In this document: one piece after another, positions 1-16,048 of the stretch
How positions within the stretch are numbered: position 1 is the stretch's first letter
Layout: each line of letters begins with the position of its first letter
Source of the DNA: Schmidtea polychroa
Taxonomy: Eukaryota
Length of the DNA: 64,000 nucleotides
Direction: 5' to 3'
NCBI GenBank assembly: GCA_044892525.1
Contig: CM097885.1
Location: 30,692,001 to 30,756,000, forward strand
Made by a program: the position numbers and the translations under genes
Notes under the pieces: model-generated
Database searches by the model: none
What the model was told of the DNA's origin: nothing
What the model saw: only the letters and a program-made list of their open reading frames with translations

Positions 1-919
<919 letters not shown>

Positions 920-3254
920 TTTGTTTTTGAATAATTTTAATGAGGAACGTGAGTATTTATATTTTCTTTGTTATAAAAGTGTTGTCAGTCTTAACAACAG
1001 AAACTATATCTTTAAAACAATTTTCAATATTTATATTGATAAATGATATTATTGAAAATTTGTAAATATTGAAATTTTTTACACTAAACGATCGAAATAA
1101 TTTAAATAAATGTTTTATTTAATAAATGTTAATAAATTTATTTTTTGAGATTTTAGCAAATACAATAATTAAAAATAATGAATTAACATTTGGAAGCAAT
1201 TTTTGGTTTAATAAACTGAATATCGACGTTATGTGAAAGACATTCTATGGAATAACTTAATATGTGGACATTATTAATTATTTTATAAATTAAAATCAAA
1301 ATGAAATAATAAATAGGTCATCCGTGATCTGTTTTTTGAAATTTCTTTAAATTTCATTTTATTTAAAAAGTAACTCTAGAAAAAGGCAAAGTAGAAAATT
1401 TGTGTTAAGTTTAATAAAAAATATTTGATTTTTTGCTAAAATAAAAAATTTAAAACGAATTCTATTGATTCTATAAAGAACATTGATTAAGATAAAAAAA
1501 TGGTTTTTACAATAACATGATTTAAGAATTTTGTAAGACAAAAATAGGCAGTTTTTATTTTAAGGCCTGAGTTCTGGATCAATGAATTTTTCAGGTTATT
1601 TAACCTTCACTAAGGAGCGCCAAATGATTGTTGCTAGATTTGGAATCAACTCTTCACGCCTTTACGACTATTTTACTTTTTCTGCCTGTGCACCCATGTC
1701 AACGACCTTAATTGGTAATGTATAATGTGGCTGAAAATAAATGAGTAGGTGAGATCTATTCCTGAAACTACTCATTACACTTTCATTTTCGGGTTCATAA
1801 CTTCCAATTGCCTTATCGTTGCTAGATCATTACAAATTGCTTATATTTCTAATTCGAACCTAAATTGATTCTAATTACGAGAGGATTTTATAATACCACC
1901 TAAAAACTAAGTCTTCTCTATGTTTACTCAAAATCTACCTCCTTTTTATTATTACCAACCTAATTCGCTATACTCAATAAAAAGTTGTCAGTTGTTGACC
2001 AAATCGGCCCATACGAGCACTTCGCTGAATCTCTGCTGACAGACGTCTGAAACATTACCCCGTCCTTTGGGTAAGAGGATAGTTAGTCCCTTTTGCCCTT
2101 GACATGGCGTAATTCTCAATTCATCCAAAAATTCCTAAAATCATATTAAATCTACTCGAATAAAAATTAGAAATAGATAATAAAAAGAACAACAAAAAAA
2201 TAAATCGAATGTGAAAAATTTATTTACTTAAACATTATTGCATGAACAAAAATTAGTTTATACAAAATAAACCTACCACAGTTGCATAAAATTCATAGGA
2301 ACCGAAAACTGATAGCAATTAAAAAGTTTTTTTGTATCTTACCAAAGTTTAGTTAAGTTAAGTTTTTCAAATGAATTTTCCGTCAATATTTATACTGATT
2401 TTGATTGTACGCCTACGCATTCTCTGCCACTATATTCAATCGGAATGTGGGTGATTTTGAATCACTTTACACACACACATGATTTTATGCGTGCCATATT
2501 TAATTTAATTGATTGTTTTAAACAATCGAATTATTTATTTAAATAATTTTATTTTTTATTACTTTTTATTTCTTTATCAATTTTGATGGAAATTTTTAAT
2601 TTAAATTTTTTTAAAAAGTTATTTATTTATAAAATTTTTCTGTTCTTTTTGTTAAAGTATGCACTCTGCTATAGTTCCTTCTTGTGTAAATATGAGCCAT
2701 AACATCCCTAATTAATTTGATTATGGTCTTTCGTATGTAAATACGACCAATAATCATTCTTAATTTTTTTATATTATCAATTATTTATTTTGTTTATTAT
2801 TCTTTTATTTTCTAGTTGGCAGATTTTTTGAATGCGTTATTTCTCTCTTAACTGTGTTGGTTATTGCACATTCTTGCGTTTCTTTATTTTATTATACGTG
2901 CTTTATTTATTCTCAGTGTGTTGTGTACTTTAATTTGTATTATTTGGTGTATAATCATAGATTTTAATTCAACTTTGTGCGGTTTTTATGTTATATATTT
3001 ATATATATTAAAATAAACTCTCAATTCTCGGTTCTAGCCCAACAGACTAATTGTTATTAGAAATTTCAGAGGATATTTGATATTAGCATAATTACGAGGA
3101 CGCCCAAATATAAATTATATTTAATTTTCTTTGTTGACAAAAATCGGAATTAACCTAATTTAATCTTTCGTGAACTTAAGCAGATGAAACCAATGCTTGT
3201 ACACAGAATTTGACTCAGATTATCAGACAAAATCAATCTTAAAATAATTGAAGA

Positions 3255-3460
3255 AATGAACCCAATACATGTTCAGTCGTCTGTGACTGAAACTGGGATA
3301 ATTTTATTAACTCAGATAATTAAAATGCTTTATTTAAATAGTTTCAACATTTCAATGATAGTTCATTCACGGTCATCATAAATTAATTTTAATTATCTGA
3401 GTTAAAAAATTTAGTCGTGAGTTTCAGTTATGGACGAGTGCACATGTATTGGCTTCATTT
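3255..3460. repeat. imperfect inverted repeat / MITE-like foldback
   Basis: aatgaacccaatacatg...actgaaact...aactcagataattaaaa is mirrored by ttttaattatctgagtt...agtttcagt...catgtattggcttcatt; core gtctgtgactgaaact recurs near 60307. Confidence 0.5.
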
Positions 3461-4799
3461 GCCTCAGTTCAAGGAAGACTGATTACCACAAAGCCAATAC
3501 ATAACTTGACATGACAGTTTGTTGCACGCTTCAATAATCTTACAATCCCTATAAAAAAGGCTTTCAAAAATTAGTTATTTAGTTGCTGTCCGGCCTTGGC
3601 ATAGAGTTAATGGAATGTCCTTTTTGTACTGTTTACGGTTATAAAACGTTGATCAAAAACCTCTCTTGATATATCACCGAACATGGCTTCTAAGATGCCT
3701 TTGGTCTTCGAGAGACACCTCTGTTGAATCTCAAAGTTACCACTAGCTTTCCTCGACCACCATTATAGCTTATACCTTGGGAAGATATTCACGTATATCG
3801 GTAATGGACAATGCCCACCCTATATAGTGCACCGTTAAGGCTCTAACCATTCCCTTATTAGTTTTTTTCACCTATATACTCACTGTGTAGTACCACATCC
3901 AAGTTCATCTATAGGTGACATTGGAATTGAAAGAGCGTTAGCTCTTTACTGATCGCTAGGCAGATTCACATTCCACTCAATCTCTCTCGTACTTCTTTCT
4001 TCCAACCTTCCACCCTATATAATTTTTAGAGTATTCATAAATTCAGTTCACAAATTATCTAATGGAGATATGAATTTTTTTAGAAATTAAGATTTTAAAA
4101 TGCTTTTATTTCCTAGTAAATCTTTTGATAGCTAGCTAATAAAAATTCTAACTTAATTCACTTGTGTTAATTTCTTATTTATATAGTTTTAACAAGATAC
4201 GAGTATACTTATATCATCAAATGAAAAGTAATAACTACATTGGTTTTATGATGAATTTATTATTAAGAAAAAATTTTAGAAAGCAAAAAATAAAAATCCG
4301 TAAAACACATTCGTAAAAAGACTTCTAGTTTAAGGTAATTTATTTAACAAGAACACTGATGGCATACACGTGCAAATGCAATTGTTCTTGAAATTGGAGT
4401 TCACAATCACGCAGTTACTCATGGACAAGTTGAGATTTAAAGGTTTCGTGCTAACCTCAAAAGTAATGCTATGTATTTCCGACTCATTTAAACAAATTAT
4501 TAATTTTTGGTTCTAGCTTAACATTAGTGTATCGTTTGGTTAGTTCTCGCTATGAGCATATTCGTGAGAAAAAGTTTGATCATTTACTGAGATAGCATTT
4601 TTATTAACTATTCCGATAGGGTGCCGGATTTTAATCTTACATGAATTCTCATCATGGCTCCGTTATTCTTGAAACGACGCCCCCCCCCCCAAATCTCCAC
4701 ACCAAGGCAATAAAGAACTACGTTCTTTAGGCCTCATCTCATATTTTGGGCTGGATTTGTATTATGTAAATTAATTATATTATTTATTTTTATAAATTT

Positions 4800-5230
4800 C
4801 TTATTTATTATTAGAAATTTTTTCAATTTTCACCACTGATTTCTTTTCAGTTGACATTTATATATAATTTCATAAAGATATCGATGTTTTATTGATATTC
4901 ACGAATTTTCGGCACTGCCTTTTTCAAGTGATTTGGATTCATAGTCAAGTTTTTTAATGAAATAGAGAAATTTATTTATAGTCAAAATATTATACTTATT
5001 ATTATTATTTTCGAAAATCCTCGATAAACAGACATCTCGAACAATATCAACCAATCGAGGAAAGAAAAAATATTTCTATAAAAATCATAGCTAATGGAAA
5101 CATCCAAAAAAATGTCAGATTCAAAGAAGCAATTCTAATTATAAACAGACGGCCAAAAATCAACACTAAAGAAGAAATCAATGAAATCACTAATTTGATC
5201 TGTTGTCATTGACCTTGAGAATAACTGATA
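4800..5230. mobile_element. Penelope-like (GIY-YIG) retroelement remnant
   Basis: Plus-strand peptide IIANGNIQKNVRFKEAILIINRRPKINTKEE resembles a GIY-YIG C-terminus; the adjacent repeat is shared with 50070-50110 and 54950-55186. Confidence 0.45.
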
Positions 5231-5959
5231 ATATATAAAAAATATAATAAATTTAAAAAAGTAATAATTAAAATAATAAAGAAAATTTTAGGAAATATGC
5301 TTTCAAAAGGTAGGATTTAAAAATTAAAATTGACACATTTTATTGAAATATTTAAATCGCGTACATAAATAGTTATTGGAGGCTTTATTTTATATTTTAA
5401 AATATTTTGAAATATTTTATTAGGCTTCTAGGGGCTAATTATAGAATCTTTAAAAATTTTAGTTGGTGTCATTTTGACTTTTAAATGATATTTATTTTAT
5501 TTTAATTATAATTTTAAATAAAATTTTTAAAAATTCAAAGAAAGTATATCATTATATTATATTATATTTATAACCAATGAGAAGTAAGAAAAAGGGAATA
5601 AAAGGAAGATAGAAATGTATGTTCAGGAAAAAGATTGCTAAATTCCAGGAGATTGACAAGGACTATTTTATAGTCGAAAATTTTTTCAATAAATACATTA
5701 ATACATAATTCACAGCAAAAGGCTTAAATTATCACTTTATTGTTTTAAATAATAAATGCTGCTACCAATAAATCATCACTTTATTATTATTATTTGCAAA
5801 GTTCTTATTATTTTTTTATTTTCGAAAAGGGGGGGGGGAATATCATATTCCATAAAGAATAATGTCAAACTTTTTTTTTCACGATTTATATTTTAGAATG
5901 TCATTGATTTTTGTTAATTTTCTCCAAAATACAAAAGTAATGTAAGAAAGTGTTATATT

Positions 5960-6243
5960 CAGGTAGGGTTTTAAGCGTGGGCAACGCCGCAACTTTTCGA
6001 AGGCGGCATTTTCTAATTTTTTTGTCAATTCCAACAAGAAAATTTTTTATAAACAGAATTTTGTTTAATTTTTCGTATTAAAATACAAATATATGTATTA
6101 AGTTCAGATATTCTATTTTTCTATTTTTTTTCTATTTCTATTCTTTCTATTTTTCTTAAAATTAAAAATTAAAACATTTTGTATTTTTGTGGCGGCAAAT
6201 TTGCATCTCGCCTACACACAGAAAACTCCTAGAACCGGCACTG
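5960..6243. mobile_element. hAT-type MITE
   Basis: CAG...CTG termini with imperfect TIRs and a perfect 8-bp TSD GTTATATT at 5952-5959 and 6244-6251. Confidence 0.8.
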
Positions 6244-6773
6244 GTTATATTCGAAAACATAATATTATCGAGATAAGATGGAAAATATATTCAAGTAAAA
6301 CTCATAAGGGTAATTGGGTAATTTTTTTTAATTGTTTTAACATTTTATTTCTATAATTGAATTAATTTATTTTCGAAATTAATAAATTTGAAAATTTTTT
6401 ATTTATATTAAAATATTTTTTAGATATTACTCTATATAAAGTCAAAATTTAGCTAAAAATTCATCATTTTGTTGGGATTATGTAAAATTCTACATGAATA
6501 AAATTTAAATATAATATTATTTAGTTAGATTGAAAAATTAATTTAAACTCAAAAGATGGAAAATCAAAATATTTGAGCAAAATTTAATGAAAACTTTAAA
6601 AATTTTAAAATAAATATTTTTTGGAGAAAGGTAAAAACAAATAAATTAATTTAAATTTAATATGTCTCCTCAGAGTGCGTTATTGGGAAAATACAAATTA
6701 ATTAATTAGTGAATCAATCATTTATTTTAGGTAACAAAATTGCCAAATTTGACAATCTCGAAAGAGGCGATAT

Positions 6774-6998
6774 TCAATCTTGATCTGTAATTAACGGAGA
6801 AAATAAAATATTCCAATCTGGATCTTCCGATTGAATCGGAATCAGGCTGAAACCTTCTGATAGATCCAGATTGCTCACCACGAATGATGATATTTTATCG
6901 CCGGAATCTGTCGGATAAAGGAGACTTTCATTTTCACATGAAACATTTTGTTTGCGACAACAAATCCATTGAAATAACTGAGATAAACTTTTGAACAT
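6774..6998 (-). CDS. 74-aa hypothetical protein (copy 1 of 3)
   Basis: ORF intact in three copies downstream of the RING gene; N-terminal amphipathic segment ending in WICCRK. Confidence 0.4.
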   Translation of the reverse strand: MFKSLSQLFQWICCRKQNVSCENESLLYPTDSGDKISSFVVSNLDLSEGFSLIPIQSEDPDWNILFSPLITDQD

Positions 6999-7234
6999 TT
7001 CTTGAATATGATGGTAATTAATTAATAGATAAACAAATAAATTTGCGGATATAAAATATTATCATTATTACGCAACAGTTGTGGTATATGATTGGCCAAT
7101 TGCGGAAATGATTTATGCGCCACTACCGCACTAATTAATTGATGAATAAAACAAAGGACAAACATTATAAAATTATTAAAATATATTTAACAAAATATTG
7201 TATTATCTAATTCGACCTCTCATCAAAAACATAT

Positions 7235-7903
7235 TTACAACCCAATGTCGGATAATAATAGTTCAATGAGGTTTTCATAGCCTTTTGTGTAAAATGACAT
7301 GGTCAAATGGCGCATGTTTCCTTTCATATTCATTTGATAATTTGATCCGATAATATTTCTATGATATTTTTTCTTGAGAGACAGATTCCAATAACTATCT
7401 TTTGAAACTTTTAAGGACGTCATAGGTAATTTAATCAACTCATTCTTTTCAGCATCTATGTGGAGTGATTGGAATAAATTTTCGTGACAAACAATATTGA
7501 TGGTAGTCGAATCGAGGTCGGTTTCATAAGAGTGGACATTTGTACCGATATATTTCTCAAAAAGGAAATGACTGAATAGTAAAATGATTTGAAGGTCAGA
7601 CTTATACCAAAAGACTTCAGTTCGAATGATTTGATGTTTGTCGAGAATGTTGTAATATAAAAAGCTTCTAAACGGACACCTGTCCAACGGACATTTGACA
7701 TCAAAGAAATCGGAAGAAATCAGTTGTATCATACAATGATGGTGATAATAATGTTTATCACAGCACTCAGGTCTGACAATATTCGAAGAATAATCCAATT
7801 CTTCAAGACATATTGAGCACTCACCTTCGATTTCACAAACTTTATTTTCACTTAATGTGTAACCGTACTGGTCGGTCATGCATCGATTTTCAGTATCGAT
7901 CAT
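7235..7903 (-). CDS. intronless RING-H2 finger protein (copy 1 of 3)
   Basis: CSIC-x14-C...H..H..C...CPLD RING-H2-like pattern; TATATAA about 55 bp upstream. Confidence 0.75.
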   Translation of the reverse strand: MIDTENRCMTDQYGYTLSENKVCEIEGECSICLEELDYSSNIVRPECCDKHYYHHHCMIQLISSDFFDVKCPLDRCPFRSFLYYNILDKHQIIRTEVFWYKSDLQIILLFSHFLFEKYIGTNVHSYETDLDSTTINIVCHENLFQSLHIDAEKNELIKLPMTSLKVSKDSYWNLSLKKKYHRNIIGSNYQMNMKGNMRHLTMSFYTKGYENLIELLLSDIGL

Positions 7904-8363
7904 TGTTTTATATTGTTTTAATTGGATGTGAGTAATGATGATAAAGGGGAAAGCTTATATAGACCAGCTGTTGATTACGCAATCATAATATGGAAAATTA
8001 ATAAGGAAATTCCCATTCTGAGGAAAATTTTATTTTATTCAAACTGTCTTGATGCATTTATTCGATTTTTATTTTTTCTGTAGTCCATCGTACAATGGCA
8101 GTGGCGGATCCATATGGAGGTGATTGGGCGATCGCCCCCTTATATTACACCAAATACCACGTTCTCTATAGTGGTGGTTGGCGTGGAGAGCGATTTCTCT
8201 CACATATTCACTCACCGATTTACTCATCATCACATTTATTCATTTTTCATGAATTTGAAATTTATTTGGAAATTTATTTTAGTCATTTTACAAATGGCTT
8301 TCAAGTAATTTTTTTTATTTAAAGTAAATTTTAAGACTTGAATTCTGATCCATATGAAATATG

Positions 8364-9390
<1,027 letters not shown>

Positions 9391-9442
9391 GTGTTTTAAT
9401 AAAGTAAAAATATCATTATTATTATTACTTTTATTATTATGA

Positions 9443-9531
<89 letters not shown>

Positions 9532-9571
9532 GTCTAATAACTTCATTTACAACATTCACAAATATTCATCG

Positions 9572-10140
9572 ATGTCTTCAAACGATCCGCAGGTTTGATG
9601 TTATAATTATTTAGTAATTTAATTATTTTAAATAAGGTACAAGAATTGTCTATTGATTGGGATCATTCCATTTTAATAATAGATAAACTTCTAACAATAA
9701 ATGATGAAGATTATATATTCCTGGCCAAAATAAATAAATCTTTCAAACATCAAGTAATTCAAAATCTATTTGATAAGTTCGGCTTCAATATATCGATGTT
9801 GAAATTAACCAGCTGTATAATATCTATAAATAATATTAACCATACAGAAATTAACATGCTTAAGGTTTTCTGGATATGTATGGATTTCAGGTTCGGAAAA
9901 TATCGCGAGCTTATTGAAATCTTCCTTCTTAATGCATATAAACTTGGTATTAAAATACATAATTTACTGAATGAAGTCAGAAAACAGTTTATTACATGTT
10001 GTATATGTCGAATTCGAGAAGTTTCGATTCTATATCTGCCTTGTGGTCATATCATTATTTGTTCTTTATGTTTGAAAAACTGTAGTAGATGTCAGAGTTG
10101 TGGTGTCATAATCGATGAATCTCATTCAGTGTATTTTTGA
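9572..10140 (+). CDS. IAP/MDM2-type C3HC4 RING protein (exon 1 9572-9592, intron 9593-9636)
   Basis: C-terminal CCICRIREVSILYLPCGHIIICSLCLKNCSRCQSCGVIIDESHSVYF; splicing gives in-frame MSSNDPQ|VQELSIDW. Confidence 0.8.
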
Positions 10141-10163
10141 AATAAATGTTGTAAAACTCCTAC

Positions 10164-10245
<82 letters not shown>

Positions 10246-10452
10246 ATTTCAACTTTCTATCACAAATAACTAAAAACATAGTTGATTATTATAAAATTTT
10301 TAACACAAAAATTATACCATAAAAAGTTGACAAACAAAAATAACTAAATATTTACAAATTTTTTATTCGCCATCATATTTACAAATTTTTATTCAACATC
10401 GTATTTACACAAATATAATCACAATGTTAAATAATTGGCCCAAAATATAACT

Positions 10453-13400
10453 TTAAATTATTGAATTGAATATTTGATCGAATTGTTGATCTCGAAGGAC
10501 AGGATCCGTTTCAGGCATGACGATATTACCACTACCATCTAAGTCATCAACCCCTCTATAATGTCCATATGCAAAACTTGAGTTTTTCCCTACCCAAGCT
10601 CTCTTATCGTCGTGATTATTTAAAGCTATTTTTGAGTTTTTAAAAGTAAATAGCTGATGATTCCGGGTTCCTATTCTAGTTTGAGGAACCGACATGACTG
10701 TGTTGTTGTTATAGCAGTCTAAATAAGATTGATGTTTGGTGTCGGTCCCCGGTAATTTTACGCCCTTAGCCCTCATTGTTGACTTATTTCCTAATAGGCT
10801 GTAACATTTAGGACGTAAGAAAACCCATTCACTATATCCTAACCCTTTACTCTCATCCTTAAACTTGCCTATAACTGAGTCAAGTCGCCTGGAATATAAA
10901 GGATGAGAGGGATCGTAATTTGAAGTATCTAAAAGGTCATCCGAAATCATCGCTTGTAATAAGATATCTAATTTTAAATTTTTAACCTCTAAAAAGAAAG
11001 AGTCGGTATCACCCGCTACTAAATTAATTTCACAATTATAAATATCCCGATATCGTTGTAGCTCTATATACTGTAACTGATACATCCGTAGTTTGGATAG
11101 ATCCAGTACTGATTGTCCGATGTAGCTGGGTCTATCCAAACATATAGAGTCCTTATTGAGATGCGCGGCAAACAGATCATCAGCTATTTCAATTGTTTTT
11201 CTGAATGCCGGTTTTGACGAATATGTAATTAATTTTTCAGATGAATTACATAGTCGCAAATTCATCCTCTTTTTAAGGTTCTCTACGGATTTACCGTACA
11301 GGCTATTATTATATAATTTAATTAAATCTCTATATATTTCACTAACTGCATTAGCACGCAAGTTAGTGTTTTTATCGATATAATGTTTAAAGATATGATT
11401 TTGTTTATATTTTATAGCTCTGTGTATATTTACAACCTTAGCCCCAAGTGAAAGATAAAGCCTGAGAAGCCTCCAATGAAGAACATAGTTCTTCTTTGGA
11501 TAATGCGTGAGCATCAGCTTCTCAACTTTTGAGTTAGGTGGGCACATCTTTTCCGGTCCAATCGGAAAGTCATTTAAAAAATCATGGAAATCAATCGGAA
11601 TCTCGATATCAACTTCCATAGTATATCCATATGGAAGTGTTTCGATATCCGCAACATTCACACACTCATCCAAAACTTCATTCAAATAAATCACCATAGG
11701 GAAGACTTTGGCTAAGAGCCCAACCATACAGATTATTTATATCAATATAAAATAATTCTGTATCATCTGAAGCAGCCGTGTAATGTTTGTTAACAAATGT
11801 TAACCCACCCCGTATTCCTCCCTCGTAAAAATTGAACATTTCCATGTTCTGTAAAAGTTCTATGGGTTCCGTTAATGTCATAGGCGCTGAGGCTCATGAC
11901 ATACCGGGAATTCCATAGAAATTTAAAAGTTCCAATCCATTGTATGCAATGGCATTGGCCCGGAATTGTTGAAAGTAATCAGCGAGTAGGAATACATCGA
12001 GTTTGAGGTAGGTTAACATATAGTCACGCAAATTTATACAGTTTTGCTGCGTCCAGATTAGTTGTGCCTTAGCGTACTCATCTTCGCTAACACCAGACCA
12101 AATAGGAGGTAGTTCATATGTAGTCTCAAGAACATCAAATGAGGTAGCAAAATCATACGGAAAAATACCTTTACAGTCAACTATAGTACCTTGAAAGACA
12201 GACGAAGTTAAAGGAAGAGAAGTTAGTGTTTTCACAGCCTTAGCTAAAGAGCAATTAACAAATTGCATAGAATCTATAAATCTCACAGCCAATTTATTAA
12301 TATGTACAATTAACGAAATAAATTTTTCGGTTGAGGTAGGAATTATGTTCAAGTCCCAAGATGGAAAGCCATTGAGACCGTGTTTTAAAATATGGTGGAG
12401 GTCATAACCTCGTAAATTATGAAAGACAATAGGTAGTAGACGATAAATTCGACGAGCAACATTACATTTTCGGCAAGATGCCCCTAGATATTTACCAGAG
12501 AAATGACAGTGGTCTCTTACCGGATTTACTATAGGTTTTTTACATAAGTAGCAATTTCGACAAGATTTAAACTGACGTTCCTCAATGAAAGACATCGGTC
12601 CTATCAACTTATTACCTTCCATATCATAATACGGTATCACAACAGTAGTAGCAATTTCCTCAACTTTTTTAAGAAAATCAGTAATACAGTCAAGGCCATA
12701 AAATTCAAAATATTGTTTAGTATTTTTATAATTATTTATTAATAAAAGGCCTGCTGAACTAGGCATATGAATTTGATGATGACGAACATCAGGGGGTAAA
12801 ACCGACTCAAAATCGGCATAAATTACAAAAGGTGGTGTTATTGTTTTTGAAAAATTTTGAAATTCGAGATTTTTATTTGAGGGTAAAGTGTAAAGGGTTG
12901 TACCTGTCTGATTTTTGGCACATAATGCGACATGAATATTAAACGCGTTATCTAATCGGAACCCGTTAAGACAGTGTGGACACCATTGACATCTTATTTG
13001 AACGTTACAGTCCGGGTTCCGATGGCAGTTCATTAGTCTATTGATATTGGTCACAGCAGTATAATGATATCGATCCTTATTTTCTAATAATAACAAATAA
13101 ATTGGGTTTCCGTCAGTGACCTTAGATCGATGGATAAGACTTAAATGAGGATGGTGAAAGACATAATTATCAGGGGTTTCATCGTCATCAATTATTATAG
13201 TTGGAGTGTATGAAAGCACATTAATGGCTAATTTTAAATTTATGTTTTTCTTTTCAAATTTAGGAATGTTGATTAATTTCATGGGACAATCCGTGACTTC
13301 GTCATATTTTAATTCACTCAAAAATTCAGTATATTTAGATACTCTTTGAGGATTTTCACCTATTTGATCTTTCTTTAATAAGTAAAGAATGGAATACAGA

Positions 13401-14365
13401 AAGCATTTATCGTCGCTATTTTTGATGTTAAGTATAGCTTTCTTATTTTTCAATTCAGAAGGGGTTTTAATATATTGATGTCCTGCCAAGCGACTAATTG
13501 GTTCATATTTAGTGATAATAAAATGTATCTCAAGAATGTTGATAACGCGCCATCCACTGCCTAAATAAGTAAATTGTTCTATTTTTTCATTAAGTTTATG
13601 AACCCCTTCGTTTAAAAAGTCATCAGAAAATGTCGTTGCATTATTAGAAAAGTAATTGTCACGGATTTCACCATCTTTTTCAAATCGAATTAATATCGCA
13701 AATTGAATTTTGACGCTCCCCATTTTATTAATTTCTTTTATTAATTTCGTTTTGATTTTATCAGTTAAAATTATTTTAATTAATTGCGCATCTGATACAT
13801 CAAAACGTAAAGTCTTGATAGCGCCATTTAAATTTATTGTGATTAAGGGTTCATTCTCTAAGGAAGAACCTCCAAATTGAATCAACTCATTATTTATAAT
13901 ATCTACATTATTTATAATAGGTATAATTTCATTATCTACAATATTTTCATTATTTATAATTTCATTATTTATAATAGGTATAATAGGTATAATAGGTACA
14001 ATTTCATTATTTATAATAGGTATAATTTCGTTATTTACAATAGGTATAATTTCATTATTTACAATAGGTATAATTTCATTATTTACAATATTTATAGAGT
14101 CATCATCATCACTGATTTCAATGACTTCCTTTTTAATAATTTTATTAGGTATATTATTTTCTATATTTTCAGCAGGTCTTTTATTTTTTGATGTTTTATT
14201 TTTTGATGTTTTATTTTGTATAATGTTTAAAATATCACAGTTATTTTTATTAATTTCCCTAAATAGGTCTTTTTTATTTACTTTAAAAGAATTTAAATGA
14301 TTTGAATGTTGTTTAAAAAATTCTTTATATCTAACCCTCTGGGCATATAAAAAATTTGATGCCAT
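10453..14365 (-). pseudogene. protein-primed DNA polymerase B of outer Polinton, disrupted
   Basis: YADFES exonuclease, RDHCH..G...C..CN, YIDINNLYG, KLYNNSLYGK and GDTDS motifs; in-frame TGA at 11894 and frameshift near 11690. Confidence 0.95.
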
Positions 14366-14742
14366 TAAATTTATGCATGTAATATTTTTTCATGTTTTTA
14401 TAGCATGAAATACCATGACCGATTGACGACATGCAATATCTTGGGAAAAAAGAACCTGATAAAAAAAATATATATATATAAATTAATTTTTAAAAATTAA
14501 TTCATTAACATATAAATAATAATAAAAAATCAAATATCGCAATGTCGATATTTTGATGTTATTATCATTCATTATTATACAAGTCTTTGTAATGAAAACT
14601 TGTATAATAATAAATGTTAATACTTAACTATTTAAGGTCATGTCTTTGTTATAACTTGCACATGTATTGGATGAGCACTGCATTTTCAGCATAATATTTT
14701 CTTCATTTTCCTCATTTTCATTATTATTATTATTATTATTAC

Positions 14743-14849
<107 letters not shown>

Positions 14850-14973
14850 GAGAGAGATGTATCTGCATGCTGACTGCAGACTACTATGTAGCTGCATGCT
14901 TACTGCAAACTACTGTAGATGGGGTCTGATTATTATTTATATATTATTATGATTATTTTATTATTATTATTAC

Positions 14974-15016
<43 letters not shown>

Positions 15017-15315
15017 ATTATTATTATTTTAACTACTGTAGATGCACATTGCAAACTACAAGAATTATTTTATAACTATAGTTTCGTAATCACTTTTTTA
15101 AATATTTTTATATTAATTTCATTATCCTAATTTTCATCATAAATCATTTTCATCATAAATTCATAATTTTCGTCATATTTATTTTCAACATAATTTTCGT
15201 CATTTTCTTCATAAATCATTTTCATCATAATTTTTGTCATAAATCATTTTCTTCATAAATCATTTTCTTCATAAATTTTCTTCATAAATTCATCATAAGT
15301 TAATTACAAAAGTTT

Positions 15316-16048
15316 TTAAGAAAATAATGAAATTAATATGAAAATATTTAAAAAGTGCTTATAAAATTTTAAAGAAATATATAAAAATAAATAAGTCTTA
15401 CATTGCGATTCCATATCGGAATCAGAGTCCTCCTTAATAGAAGTGAGGGCATTATCCGGAACATTCATTTCATCGACTTCCTCAACAGAAGTGAGGGTAT
15501 TATCCGGAACATTCATTTCATCGACTTCCTCGGCATCCATATCAACATTAAACGCTAAAAAAAAAATTTTTTAAAAATAAAATACTAAAGTAAAATAAAT
15601 TTACTTTTTTCGTTGAAAACCTTGTTTTGCCCAACATCATTAACCGGGGCATTAATTTCTCCAATAAATATTACATCCTCGTCATTAAACGCTAAAAAAA
15701 AAATTTTTAAAAAATAAAATACTAAAGTAAAATAAATTTACTTTTTTCGTTGAAAACCTTGTTTTGCCCAACATTATTAACCGGGGCATTAATTTCTTCA
15801 ATAAATATTACATCCTCGTCATCGCTAATAATAATAGGTTCTAAAATATATAAAATTAATTTTAATAAAAATTAAAATGATAAATTTACCGAAGATATTT
15901 TCCACATTTAAAATCGAATCATCTTCGGTTACTTGGTACCAGTCGAATGGTTCTAAAAGAATAAAATAAAATATAATAAAATATAATAAAATAAATTACC
16001 TGTAGTCGTCAATAGATTTCTTAAAACGCGATTATTAGTGTTTTCCAT
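15316..16048 (-). CDS. multi-exon acidic protein with SIM-like motifs (3' end uncertain)
   Basis: ATG at 16048; four consecutive phase-1 GT-AG introns keep the frame: MENTNNRVLRNLLTTT|EPFDWYQV...|EPIIISDDEDVIFIEE...|TFNDEDVIFIGE...|TFNVDMDAEEV. Confidence 0.75.

Larger units (their letters stand above)
6537..8363. repeat. outer part of left arm of a large inverted duplication (partner ~43227-45052)
   Basis: Near-identical reverse-complement match, including the 74-aa and 222-aa ORFs. Confidence 0.95.

Noticed and set aside
3600..4010. Possible non-LTR retroelement remnant
   Set aside because: Higher GC content but no motif could be recognised
8095..8322. 75-aa ORF duplicated at 43268-43495
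   Set aside because: Overlaps a hAT-like terminus; duplication is due to the palindrome
15120..15300. TTTATGAAGAAAATGA tandem repeat as a further exon
   Set aside because: Unit length is often not a multiple of three, it contains stops, and no acceptor was found
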